From an uncultured archaeon (GTDB lineage Archaea; Altiarchaeota; Altiarchaeia; IMC4; QMZM01): DNA of 23,754 nucleotides. Under the pieces are notes generated by a model that worked only from the letters and a program-made list of their open reading frames with translations, was not told the DNA's origin and did not search any database. The position numbers and the translations under genes were made by a program. The DNA lies in assembly GCA_964549685.1 (NCBI GenBank), contig CAZJVE010000016.1:1-23754 (forward strand). The letters run 5' to 3'. Within the stretch, counting starts at the first letter, position 1; each line of letters begins with the position of its first letter. This document shows positions 16,320-23,754 of the stretch, one piece after another.

Positions 16320-16877
16320 CTAAAGATTTTCGACTTGGCCGTAGTCCTTGGAGAACTTCCTTGTGTCCTTGAATTCGCAGTTGGAGCAGACCATCTTGTT
16401 CTTCTCATCCGACTTTTTCAGGGGATGCCTGCAGCGCCTGCAGTAGGCCTTCACAACTCCAAAATCGCCCTTGGTTGAGATGTCAATCATGCCCGGCTGA
16501 ATCTTGATTACCTTGGCCTTGACTATGTCCCCAAGACCGAACATGGACTCCGGCTTCTCCACGTACTCATCGGCTATATTAGATACATAAATTCCGGTCT
16601 TGATGTCGACCTCACCCTCAGCGCCCTGTATTCTCTTTACAATCACAGTAACAACGTTCTTGTTTAGCTTGAGAACATCTCCAAACACCGTCTGGCCCAC
16701 CTTGAGCTCTGCCGGCATTCTACCCTCGACTCTTACGGAATGGTTCTCCCTGTCAACAACTCCTTTGCCCATTATCGAGGCGTAAATCTTACCGTCTTCG
16801 GTATATGTGCCTTTGCCCGGCACGAATTCCTCTATCGTTCCGAGTAAATCTCCTATCTGCTTGATATCGTTAGTCAT
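16320..16877 (-). CDS. csl4: Exosome complex RNA-binding protein Csl4
   Basis: GDLLGTIEEFVPGKGTY, S1 domain (GDIVKAKVI), GVVKAYCRRC..CSNC..RK zinc ribbon. Confidence 0.93.
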   Translation of the reverse strand: MTNDIKQIGDLLGTIEEFVPGKGTYTEDGKIYASIMGKGVVDRENHSVRVEGRMPAELKVGQTVFGDVLKLNKNVVTVIVKRIQGAEGEVDIKTGIYVSNIADEYVEKPESMFGLGDIVKAKVIKIQPGMIDISTKGDFGVVKAYCRRCRHPLKKSDEKNKMVCSNCEFKDTRKFSKDYGQVENL

Positions 16878-17044
16878 TCTTAGGCCTCATTAATTCCCTA
16901 TACATTAGGATTCAACGAATAAAATGTGCAGGAATTCGTTTGGGCATTCCGTTGGGTGTAGGAATATATGCATTTACAAAGTTATCAACGCAAAAGGCGA
17001 ATATATCGTAATTTCTGGAGATTAGGGATATAATCGGAAATTAG

Positions 17045-18289
17045 CTACGTCCCTTCCTCCCACGTTTCAAGATATTTTTTCTGCTCGTCTGTCAGAGCAT
17101 CGATTTCTATGCCCATCGTCTTTAACTTCAACTTAGCAATCCCCTTGTCAATCTCCTGTGGGATTGGATGTACGCCGGGCTTCAGGTCGTTCTCAATCAA
17201 ATGCTTGACTGCCATTGCCTGGTTAGCGAAACTCATGTCCATAACCTCGGAGGGGTGTCCTTCTGCAGCGGCAAGATTCACCAGCCGCCCCTCGGCAAGG
17301 AGGTATATCGATTTATCTCCCAGTTCATACTTGACGACGTTGTCGCGAATTTCCTTCTTACTCTTTGACAGACTCTCAAGGTCGGGAATCGTAATCTCAT
17401 TGTTAAAGTGCCCTGAGTTAGCAACAACTGCTCCGTCCCTCATCTTCTCGAAGTGCTCCTTTCTCAGTATTTTTGTATCTCCTGTAGCAGTTATGAATAT
17501 CTCGCCAACCTCAGATGCCTTGTCCATTGACATTACCCTGAATCCGTCCATGGCGGCTTCAAGTGCCCTGACTGGGTCCACCTCGGTAACAATGACATTG
17601 CTCCCCATGCCGCCCGCCCTTGCGGCAATTCCCCTGCCGCAGAAGCCATAGCCGGAAACGACCACGTTCCTCCCGGCGAACAGTATGCTGGTAGCCCTTA
17701 GAATCCCGTCAATCGTAGACTGCCCGGTTCCATAGCGGTTGTCAAAGAAGTGCTTGGTCATCGCATTGTTGATATCCATCACGGGATACTTTAGTGCGTT
17801 GTCTTTTTCCATGGCCTTGAGCCTTATTATGCCGGTCGTGGTTTCCTCGCACCCACCCCTTATTTCCTTGAGGAGGTCCTGCCTCTCCTTATGCACGACA
17901 AAGACCAGGTCGCCGCCGTCATCTATCGTTACTTGTGGCTTGAAATCCAGGACCTTATTGATGTTCTTGTAGTACTCCTCCTTTGTCTCGCCTCTCCATG
18001 CATACACCTTGATTCCTTCGGAGGCAAGATATGCCGCAACGTCGTCCTGTGTAGATAAGGGATTGCAGCCCGTTATTGAAACATCTGCCCCCCCAGCAAT
18101 CAGCGTTTCCACAAGAACCGCGGTCTCCTTCGTTACGTGAAGAGCGAACCCCACTCTAATTCCTTCAAGGGGCTTCTCCTGTGAGAATTCCTTCTTAATC
18201 TCCATCAAAACCGGCATGTGGGCCCTGGCCCACTCGACCTTCAGCTTTCCTGAATCCGCCAGCTTTATGTCCTTAACGTCGTAATCCAT
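17045..18289 (-). CDS. ahcY: Adenosylhomocysteinase
   Basis: HMPVL, LHVTKETAVL, CNPLSTQDDVAA, IDDGGD, EETTTG, KHFFDNRYGTGQS, GYGFCGRG, NSGHFN, GRLVNLAAAEGHPSEVMDMSF. Confidence 0.97.
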   Translation of the reverse strand: MDYDVKDIKLADSGKLKVEWARAHMPVLMEIKKEFSQEKPLEGIRVGFALHVTKETAVLVETLIAGGADVSITGCNPLSTQDDVAAYLASEGIKVYAWRGETKEEYYKNINKVLDFKPQVTIDDGGDLVFVVHKERQDLLKEIRGGCEETTTGIIRLKAMEKDNALKYPVMDINNAMTKHFFDNRYGTGQSTIDGILRATSILFAGRNVVVSGYGFCGRGIAARAGGMGSNVIVTEVDPVRALEAAMDGFRVMSMDKASEVGEIFITATGDTKILRKEHFEKMRDGAVVANSGHFNNEITIPDLESLSKSKKEIRDNVVKYELGDKSIYLLAEGRLVNLAAAEGHPSEVMDMSFANQAMAVKHLIENDLKPGVHPIPQEIDKGIAKLKLKTMGIEIDALTDEQKKYLETWEEGT

Positions 18290-18310
18290 TTTCTATTTAT
18301 TGGATGCAAT

Positions 18311-19306
18311 CTATTTATTTGGTTTCAATATTACTTTCAGAGACACCTCCGCCTCAGCAACCAGCCTGAATCCCTCCGCGGCCTTATCGAGAGGGAGCAC
18401 GTGGGTTATCATATCACGCACGTTTATCCCGCCCTCCTTGATGAGTTCAAGCGCCCCCTCCAGGTCGTTAGGCGCGGCCCCGTATGATGTCCTTACCGTT
18501 ACCTCGTTACGCCAGAATTCGTTTATAGGCACCGTCAATTCAAAACCGGGCTCAGGAACAGCAAAGAAGAGAACCGTCCCGCCCCTGTCAACGCACTTTA
18601 GGGCCTGTCTTGCTGCTGCCTCGGCTCCCGTACAGACGATAACCACGTCGGCCTTCACCTCTATCTCCTCTTTGGCACCCATAACCTCATCAGCCCCGAA
18701 CCTCCGGGCCATATCACGCCGCGATTCATTTACATCCGTCGCAATGATTCTTTTCGCTCCCTTCAATTTCGCAAGCTGAACATGCAACAGCCCTGAAATC
18801 CCACTACCGAGGACAAGAACGGTCTGCCCCTTCCCAACCCCCGCGAGCCTCTGCCCCCTGACAACGCATGCCAGGGGCTCGATAAAGGTGCCGTCTTCAT
18901 AAGAAACATTCTCAGGCAGCCTGTAGACCCCGTTCTTTACGTTAATCTCAGGGACCCTGATGAATTCCGCAAATCCGCCGGGGTCGAAGTTCGTCTTGTG
19001 CAGTGTCTCGCAGGCGGTATGGTGCCCGGCCTTGCATTGCTCACAATCATTGCATGGCACATGATGCGAGACAAAGACACTCTCCCCTACCTTGTAGGGG
19101 ACACCTTCCCCGGTCTCGACTATCTCGCCAGTAACCTCATGACCCAGAACTCTTGGAGCGGTCTTCAGGCGGTACCATTCCATGACGTCGGAGCCGCAGA
19201 TTCCCGAGGCCATCATCTTCAGGAGAAATTCTCCATTGCCAATCTCCGGTTTTGGGAATTCCTCAACCCTCACGTCATTGTTGTTGTAGTAGACTGCTAC
19301 TTTCAT
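18311..19306 (-). CDS. Zn-dependent medium-chain dehydrogenase (sorbitol/iditol/threonine dehydrogenase-like)
   Basis: GICGSD, LGHE, structural Zn site CNDCEQC...C, IEPLAC, GSGISG Rossmann motif. Confidence 0.92.
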   Translation of the reverse strand: MKVAVYYNNNDVRVEEFPKPEIGNGEFLLKMMASGICGSDVMEWYRLKTAPRVLGHEVTGEIVETGEGVPYKVGESVFVSHHVPCNDCEQCKAGHHTACETLHKTNFDPGGFAEFIRVPEINVKNGVYRLPENVSYEDGTFIEPLACVVRGQRLAGVGKGQTVLVLGSGISGLLHVQLAKLKGAKRIIATDVNESRRDMARRFGADEVMGAKEEIEVKADVVIVCTGAEAAARQALKCVDRGGTVLFFAVPEPGFELTVPINEFWRNEVTVRTSYGAAPNDLEGALELIKEGGINVRDMITHVLPLDKAAEGFRLVAEAEVSLKVILKPNK

Positions 19307-19312
19307 TTTTAT

Positions 19313-20104
19313 CTAGACCTTCAACTTCTTGTTTAACCCGTCAATAGGTTTTGGATAATGGCCGACCCCCCTGAACTTCTTGGTGTAGATTGCCTTGCTG
19401 GGGCAGTGATTGTAACAAACCCAGCATCCATGACATTTCTCCATGTCAAAGACGGGCTTTGGGCTGAGCTTGATGGCATCGTAGGGACACAGTTTCTCAC
19501 AGGTGCCGCATTCGGTGCAGAGCGCTTCATCGACATACTTCTCACCCATGTCCTTCCTTGCCCTGGTTCGGGAGAACACTGGCAACAGCCTGTTCAACAG
19601 GCTGATATCCAGCCCCCTTTTGATTTCTCTGCCCTCCTTAATATCGCCCAGCAGACCGTCCAGGTCAGAGATAAAGCCATTGAACCTCTTCATCTCCTTT
19701 TCGTTGGGTGCCTGTTCATTGGCTCTACCTCTTGCTATCATGGGCGGATAGCTCTCAGGAGTGTGTAGGGAATGCCCTGCAATAACATCAAACCCTTTTG
19801 CAGCCGCCCATCCCTTGAAGACCTTGAGCGTTTTACCGCTTATGAAACCATAGGTGTTGAACACGAATGCAGGCTTGTTGTTCTGCCGGGGTAGTTTTTC
19901 CATAAAGGCCCGAACTATATATGACGGCCCGAAAAAATCCGTAAAGGCAGCGAACCCGACCGCGTCATATTGCTCCAAATCGGGAGCATCGGCCCTGACA
20001 ATGTCAAAAAGCTCGAACTCGACATTTTTGACATTCTTCGCGATATACTGGCAGGCCAATTCCGTATTCCCCGAACCCGAATAATAGCATATTATACCTT
20101 TCAT
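19313..20104 (-). CDS. EFR1-type flavodoxin-like plus 2[4Fe-4S] ferredoxin protein
   Basis: Start moved to ATG 20104 (MKGIICYYSGSGNT), which overlaps the upstream stop as ATGA. C-terminal CTECGTCEKLCP and CHGCWVCYNHCP. Confidence 0.88.
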   Translation of the reverse strand: MKGIICYYSGSGNTELACQYIAKNVKNVEFELFDIVRADAPDLEQYDAVGFAAFTDFFGPSYIVRAFMEKLPRQNNKPAFVFNTYGFISGKTLKVFKGWAAAKGFDVIAGHSLHTPESYPPMIARGRANEQAPNEKEMKRFNGFISDLDGLLGDIKEGREIKRGLDISLLNRLLPVFSRTRARKDMGEKYVDEALCTECGTCEKLCPYDAIKLSPKPVFDMEKCHGCWVCYNHCPSKAIYTKKFRGVGHYPKPIDGLNKKLKV

Positions 20105-20781
20105 TTTTTCTTCAGCCTTTTTTGAACCTTCTCGTCGGTCAATTCCCGAAGGGCATCCGAGGCAATCCACCTCGCGCTTTTGGAATCCATCTTCTGGATT
20201 TCTTTGGCGGCCTTGATGGCCTTCCTGTTCAGGGCAGGGTTCCTCTTCCCTATCTGTCTCAAAGCCCAGTTGACGGCCTTCTTGACGAAATTCCGCTCGT
20301 CATCAACCTCCCTTTTGATTATAGGGAAGAAGCTCTCAAATAAGCTGTCTGGGGCTTTTTTATCGTGCACCGAAAGGGTGGCCATCAGTACAAAGCCGGA
20401 CCTCTTTACGAATTCCTCCTCTCTGGAACTCCATTCAACGGCCTTGTCATAGGTAAAGGGGGTTTTGTCAAAGAGGTTGCTGCAGACCTGGTCACAAATA
20501 TCCCATGAGTCGATGTCCTTCACCCAGGACTCCATCTGCTTCTCAGTAACCTTGTCGGGCTCACCGACCATTCCTGCAAGAATTCTCGCCTCATGGATGT
20601 CAGACTTCCAGAGCTGCAGGGCCAGTTTGTGGTCCTTGCCTATCTCCTTTGCCATCGGCCTCAGCGTATACAGGGATATGCCCAGCGTGCCCTTCGGATT
20701 AATCCCGAACCTCGCCATGCCTGCAACATTCTCGGGGTTCGCCAGAGAATCCAGCCTCTTTAGAATCTCCTCATACTGCAT
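20101..20781 (-). CDS. AlkD-like DNA alkylation repair protein (HEAT-repeat family)
   Basis: LALQLWKSDIHEARILA, WVKDIDSWDICD, W....EEFVKRSGF, DDERNFVKKAVNWALRQIGKRN. Confidence 0.88.
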   Translation of the reverse strand: MQYEEILKRLDSLANPENVAGMARFGINPKGTLGISLYTLRPMAKEIGKDHKLALQLWKSDIHEARILAGMVGEPDKVTEKQMESWVKDIDSWDICDQVCSNLFDKTPFTYDKAVEWSSREEEFVKRSGFVLMATLSVHDKKAPDSLFESFFPIIKREVDDERNFVKKAVNWALRQIGKRNPALNRKAIKAAKEIQKMDSKSARWIASDALRELTDEKVQKRLKKK

Positions 20782-20801
20782 TTTTGCCTGAAGAAAAAAC
20801 C

Positions 20802-20915
20802 TTACTCCTCCTTCTCACACTCACACTCCTCTGGGGGCTTGCCACACTTCTCGCAGACGCCTTCCTCTACCTTGGCCCCGCACCCGCATGGAGTACAACC
20901 GCATTCATCACACAT
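20802..20915 (-). CDS. 37-aa cysteine-rich metallothionein-like peptide
   Basis: MCDECGCTPCGCGAKVEEGVCEKCGKPPEECECEKEE has 9 Cys. Strong SD GAGGTGA lies 5 nt upstream of the ATG, and the ORF fills the lsrF-alkD gap. Confidence 0.8.
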   Translation of the reverse strand: MCDECGCTPCGCGAKVEEGVCEKCGKPPEECECEKEE

Positions 20916-20928
20916 ATTTTTCACCTCG

Positions 20929-21765
20929 TTATTCCTTTCTATCTGAAAACTGCAGAGCCTTGTCCGGACTTGCGTTATCTTGCACTGCTCCTTCTCCCTC
21001 AAAAATCTGCATCCCCTCCTTCGGGGTTGCGTTATCATGGACAACCGCCCTGACAGCCTTAATCATTGCTACAGGATTGCTCGACTGGAAGATGTTCCTG
21101 CCCATGTCGACCCCGACTGCCCCTGCCTGGATTGCGCCGTGCGCCATTTCAAGAGCCTCCTTCTCGGGAAGCTTCTTCCCCCCGGCAATCACAACCGGAA
21201 CTGGGCACGTGTCAACAACCTTCTCGAAGTCCTCGCAGTAGTAGGTCTTGACGAAATGCACGCCAAGCTCGGCGGCCATCCTGCACGCCAGTGACATATA
21301 TCTTGCATCCCTTTTCATGTCCTTGCCAACTGCTGTTACTGCAAGGACGGGGATTCCATACTCCTGCCCGGCGTCGATGACCTCAGTCAGGCCAAGAAGC
21401 GTGTCTCTTTCATATTCCGAACCGACCATTATCGAGAACGCCATTCCTGCAACGTTGAGCCGTATGGCATCTTCTATGCCTACTGTAATCCCCTCCCTCA
21501 GCATTTCCTTGCTTAATACACTCGTGCCTCCGGAAACCCGAAGCACGATTGGAACGTCGGTATTCGGGTCGATGTAGTTCCTCAGCCCGCCCCTGGTAGG
21601 CATCAGGCAGTCTGCATACGGCAGCAATGGTTCTACTGCTTCTTTCAGATTCTCCAGCCCTGTTGTAGGGCCGAGAAAGTAGCCGTGGTCCACGGCAAGC
21701 ATCACGGTCCTTCCGTCCTTTGGTTTTATAATCCTTGAAAGCCTGTTTCTCATTCCCCAGTCCAT
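20929..21765 (-). CDS. lsrF: LsrF-type thiolase (class I DhnA aldolase fold)
   Basis: MDWGMRNRLSRII, MLAVDHGYFLGPTTGLE, VLRVSGG, VLAVTAVGKDMKRDARY, Schiff-base Lys in VKTYY, IAGGKKLPE, GVDMGRNIFQ; closely follows the LsrF subfamily. Confidence 0.88.
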   Translation of the reverse strand: MDWGMRNRLSRIIKPKDGRTVMLAVDHGYFLGPTTGLENLKEAVEPLLPYADCLMPTRGGLRNYIDPNTDVPIVLRVSGGTSVLSKEMLREGITVGIEDAIRLNVAGMAFSIMVGSEYERDTLLGLTEVIDAGQEYGIPVLAVTAVGKDMKRDARYMSLACRMAAELGVHFVKTYYCEDFEKVVDTCPVPVVIAGGKKLPEKEALEMAHGAIQAGAVGVDMGRNIFQSSNPVAMIKAVRAVVHDNATPKEGMQIFEGEGAVQDNASPDKALQFSDRKE

Positions 21766-21766
21766 T

Positions 21767-21973
21767 TTATCCCTCCGGCCTCACGATTAAATAGCCTTTA
21801 TCGATGAGCCAGTGATGAAACTGATATGTTGTGAACCTGCACGAGTCCTTGCAGGTTGCGCGGATTCTTTCATAATCTCCAGAACCCTCCTCCATGGAAT
21901 TCAGCTCAAGTTGCGTCGGGCACTCCACGTCCTTGCAGAACTCCCTTCGCTGGTAGTCTATATAGCCGTCCAT
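21767..21973 (-). CDS. Small hypothetical Cys/His protein (68 aa), possibly metal-binding
   Basis: FCKDVECP...TCKDSC..TYQFHHWL. First gene of the minus-strand run, ending 1 nt before the lsrF start. Confidence 0.75.
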   Translation of the reverse strand: MDGYIDYQRREFCKDVECPTQLELNSMEEGSGDYERIRATCKDSCRFTTYQFHHWLIDKGYLIVRPEG

Positions 21974-22007
21974 TGGTATAGTATAATATAAAAGGACTGC
22001 ATAAAAG
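21974..22007. promoter_or_regulatory. Divergent promoter region between the lsrF run and mtnA
   Basis: 34-bp gap containing TATAATATAAAA (21982-21993) and ATAAAA (22001-22006). Confidence 0.45.
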
Positions 22008-23048
22008 ATGAGGGTTAAGATAAACGGCAGGCAGCAGGACTATAGAACCGTGTGGGTGGAGGGCAACGAGGTCTGCATGATTGACCAGCCCAAGCTCCCG
22101 CACAGCTTTGAGATTTACAGGTCAAAGGACTACCGGGCTACGACCGATGCAATCAGGAACATGGTTGTCAGGGGGGCCCCGGCTATCGGCGCAACGGCAG
22201 CCTATGCCATGGCCCAGGCAGCCGGTGAATTCACTGGCGGCAGCGCAGAGGAATTCCCCAGTCATATGGAGGGAGCGGCCCAGGAGATAAAATCCGCAAG
22301 GCCCACGGCCTACGACCTGTTCCATGCCGTTGATGAGATTGAATCCGGGCTGAGGAAGACAAAGTCGGTCAGCGAAGCCTCGGAACTGGCGAAAAAGGCC
22401 GCACAGGCCTACGCCGATAAAAGCGCCGAGCGCTGCAAGAAGATAGGTGAGGTGGGAGAGAAGCTCATAAAAGAGAACTCCAGAATTCTCACTCATTGTA
22501 ATGCTGGAGCCCTCGCATGCGTGGACTACGGCACCGCCCTTTCCCCAATTCGATTTGCTAAATACAACGGCAAAGAGCCCTTCGTCTTCGTGGATGAGAC
22601 AAGGCCAAGGTGCCAGGGCTCACGGCTCACTGCCTGGGAGCTTCTCCAGGAGGAGATAGACCATGCAATCATTGTCGATAATGCCGCGGGACATTTCATG
22701 CAGAAGGGCGAGATAGATATCGTAATAGTCGGGGCCGACAGGATAGCAAAGAACGGCGACGTTGCCAACAAGATAGGAACCTATGAAAAAGCAGTCCTCG
22801 CAAAGGAGAACGGCATTCCGTTCTATGTTGCTGCCCCTGAAAGCACATTCGACAAGGGTTGTGCCACAGGGGCCGACATAGTCATAGAGGAGAGGGATGA
22901 AAACGAGGTCCTCTCAATGTTTGGGGAGAACTCCACCACAATCAGAATCTCGCCTCTCAACTCAAAGGCCAGGAACCCTGCATTCGACGTAACTCCTGCC
23001 AAATACATAACAGGAATCATAACAGAAAGCGGGATTGTAAAGAATTAA
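22008..23048 (+). CDS. mtnA: S-methyl-5-thioribose-1-phosphate / 5-deoxyribose-1-phosphate isomerase
   Basis: IDQPKLP, MVVRGAPAIG, ARPTA, LTHCNAGALA..YGTAL, DETRP..QGSRLTAWEL, VGADRI..NGDVANKIGTY, NPAFDVTP. Confidence 0.93.
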   Translation: MRVKINGRQQDYRTVWVEGNEVCMIDQPKLPHSFEIYRSKDYRATTDAIRNMVVRGAPAIGATAAYAMAQAAGEFTGGSAEEFPSHMEGAAQEIKSARPTAYDLFHAVDEIESGLRKTKSVSEASELAKKAAQAYADKSAERCKKIGEVGEKLIKENSRILTHCNAGALACVDYGTALSPIRFAKYNGKEPFVFVDETRPRCQGSRLTAWELLQEEIDHAIIVDNAAGHFMQKGEIDIVIVGADRIAKNGDVANKIGTYEKAVLAKENGIPFYVAAPESTFDKGCATGADIVIEERDENEVLSMFGENSTTIRISPLNSKARNPAFDVTPAKYITGIITESGIVKN

Positions 23049-23053
23049 TCGGC

Positions 23054-23728
23054 TTACTTCTCGCCCGTGGCTGCCGAGATATCTCTCAGCTTCATCATAG
23101 TCTTTCCTGCAAAAACATTAACATCGATCAGACCGCTGGCCTTGAGGTCGTTTGCCCAGGACTCAATGGCTTCCTTATCGGAACCGAGCTCATTCATAGC
23201 ATCCTCTAGGCTGACGGAGCCCCTCTTGAGCAGAAACGCGAATAGAAGCCTCGCATCCGAGGCCTCTTCGCCTGTTAAAATCTTCAGCTGCTTTATCTCC
23301 TTTGGAATCTCTTTTTCCTCTTTCTTAGCCCCTCTATGCTTCTCAATCACGCCGCTTACCTGCTTCTTCAGAATATTCTTCCTCTCCTCCTGAATTTTCC
23401 TCTCCTCCTCGGGGCTCTTTTCCTCAACAGAAACAGGCCCCTCCTTGACATCATCGGCCTTCTTCACCACGTCCTTTATCTGTCTCTGCATCCTTGCCCT
23501 TCTCTCCTTCAACTTCTCGCTTCCCAGCCGCCTCACCCTCTCAATCCTCATCTTGGCGTCATTGGTCTGCTTTTTAATAAGCTTTGGCTTGTATACTCTT
23601 GATACTCTGCTCTTCATACCCAGTTTTACTTCGATGTCTTCCTCCCTACTCTCTATATCGTTGACTCTTCCCCACATCTCCCTCTCCATTCGTTCCAGAT
23701 TCTCAATCCTGGTTTCAATCTTTCCCAT
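23054..23728 (-). CDS. Hypothetical charged coiled-coil protein with a C-terminal winged helix; may be 5'-truncated by the window edge
   Basis: E/K/R-rich helical N-terminal part and C-terminal LLKRGSVSLEDAMNELGSDKEAIESWANDLKASGLIDV. The frame stays open upstream to the window end (HAPEWEDH-M). Confidence 0.75.
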   Translation of the reverse strand: MGKIETRIENLERMEREMWGRVNDIESREEDIEVKLGMKSRVSRVYKPKLIKKQTNDAKMRIERVRRLGSEKLKERRARMQRQIKDVVKKADDVKEGPVSVEEKSPEEERKIQEERKNILKKQVSGVIEKHRGAKKEEKEIPKEIKQLKILTGEEASDARLLFAFLLKRGSVSLEDAMNELGSDKEAIESWANDLKASGLIDVNVFAGKTMMKLRDISAATGEK

Positions 23729-23754
23729 GTGGTCTTCCCACTCTGGCGCATGAT

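Noticed and set aside
16878-17044. 167-bp gap between csl4 and ahcY with short GGAAT/ATTCC inverted repeats and near-repeats ATTCGTTTGGG / ATTCCGTTGGG
   Set aside because: Stems are only about 5 bp and no tRNA cloverleaf or clear C/D boxes were seen; most simply the csl4 promoter and ahcY terminator region.
20105-20170. Cys-containing N-terminal extension (MDCLGCP...) of the flavodoxin-ferredoxin ORF
   Set aside because: Lies inside the AlkD-like gene; the ATGA-coupled start at 20104 gives the normal family N-terminus.
20929-21765. lsrF as evidence of AI-2 quorum sensing
   Set aside because: No lsrK, lsrG, lsrR, transporter or luxS in the window, and ahcY provides LuxS-independent SAH removal.

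Overview
Archaeal chromosomal segment, shown by SepRS, archaeal-type LeuRS, FEN1 with a PIP box, Csl4, L39e and NMD3; no lineage can be fixed without a phylogeny. Most genes are housekeeping (sepS, thiL, aminotransferase, leuS, rpl39e, nmd3, hisH, fen, csl4). Three stretches stand out. (1) 2648-5891: a putative signalling module made of a P-loop-dead KaiC/RAD55-like domain fused to an MglA/CvnD-type small GTPase with an atypical G4 motif (NKAN), three tandem Roadblock/LC7 genes in A-B-A order (copies 1 and 3 differ at only 3 of 372 nt), and a second P-loop-dead KaiC-like protein. (2) About 11600-13534: an AT-rich island of orphan membrane-protein genes around two back-to-back IS6-type terminal inverted repeats, with an unannotated transposase C-terminal remnant. 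(3) 17045-23048: mtnA divergent from a tightly packed seven-gene run (small Cys/His protein, lsrF, 37-aa metallothionein-like peptide, AlkD-like, flavodoxin-ferredoxin, Zn polyol dehydrogenase, ahcY). Its chemistry suggests a SAM by-product salvage route: 5-deoxyribulose-1-P oxidised to the LsrF substrate, then cleaved to DHAP + acetyl-CoA. Two small genes absent from the ORF track (L39e, a CPxC zinc finger) and the likely true start of the Cys-rich peptide were found by hand. All family calls come from motif recognition, not database searches.
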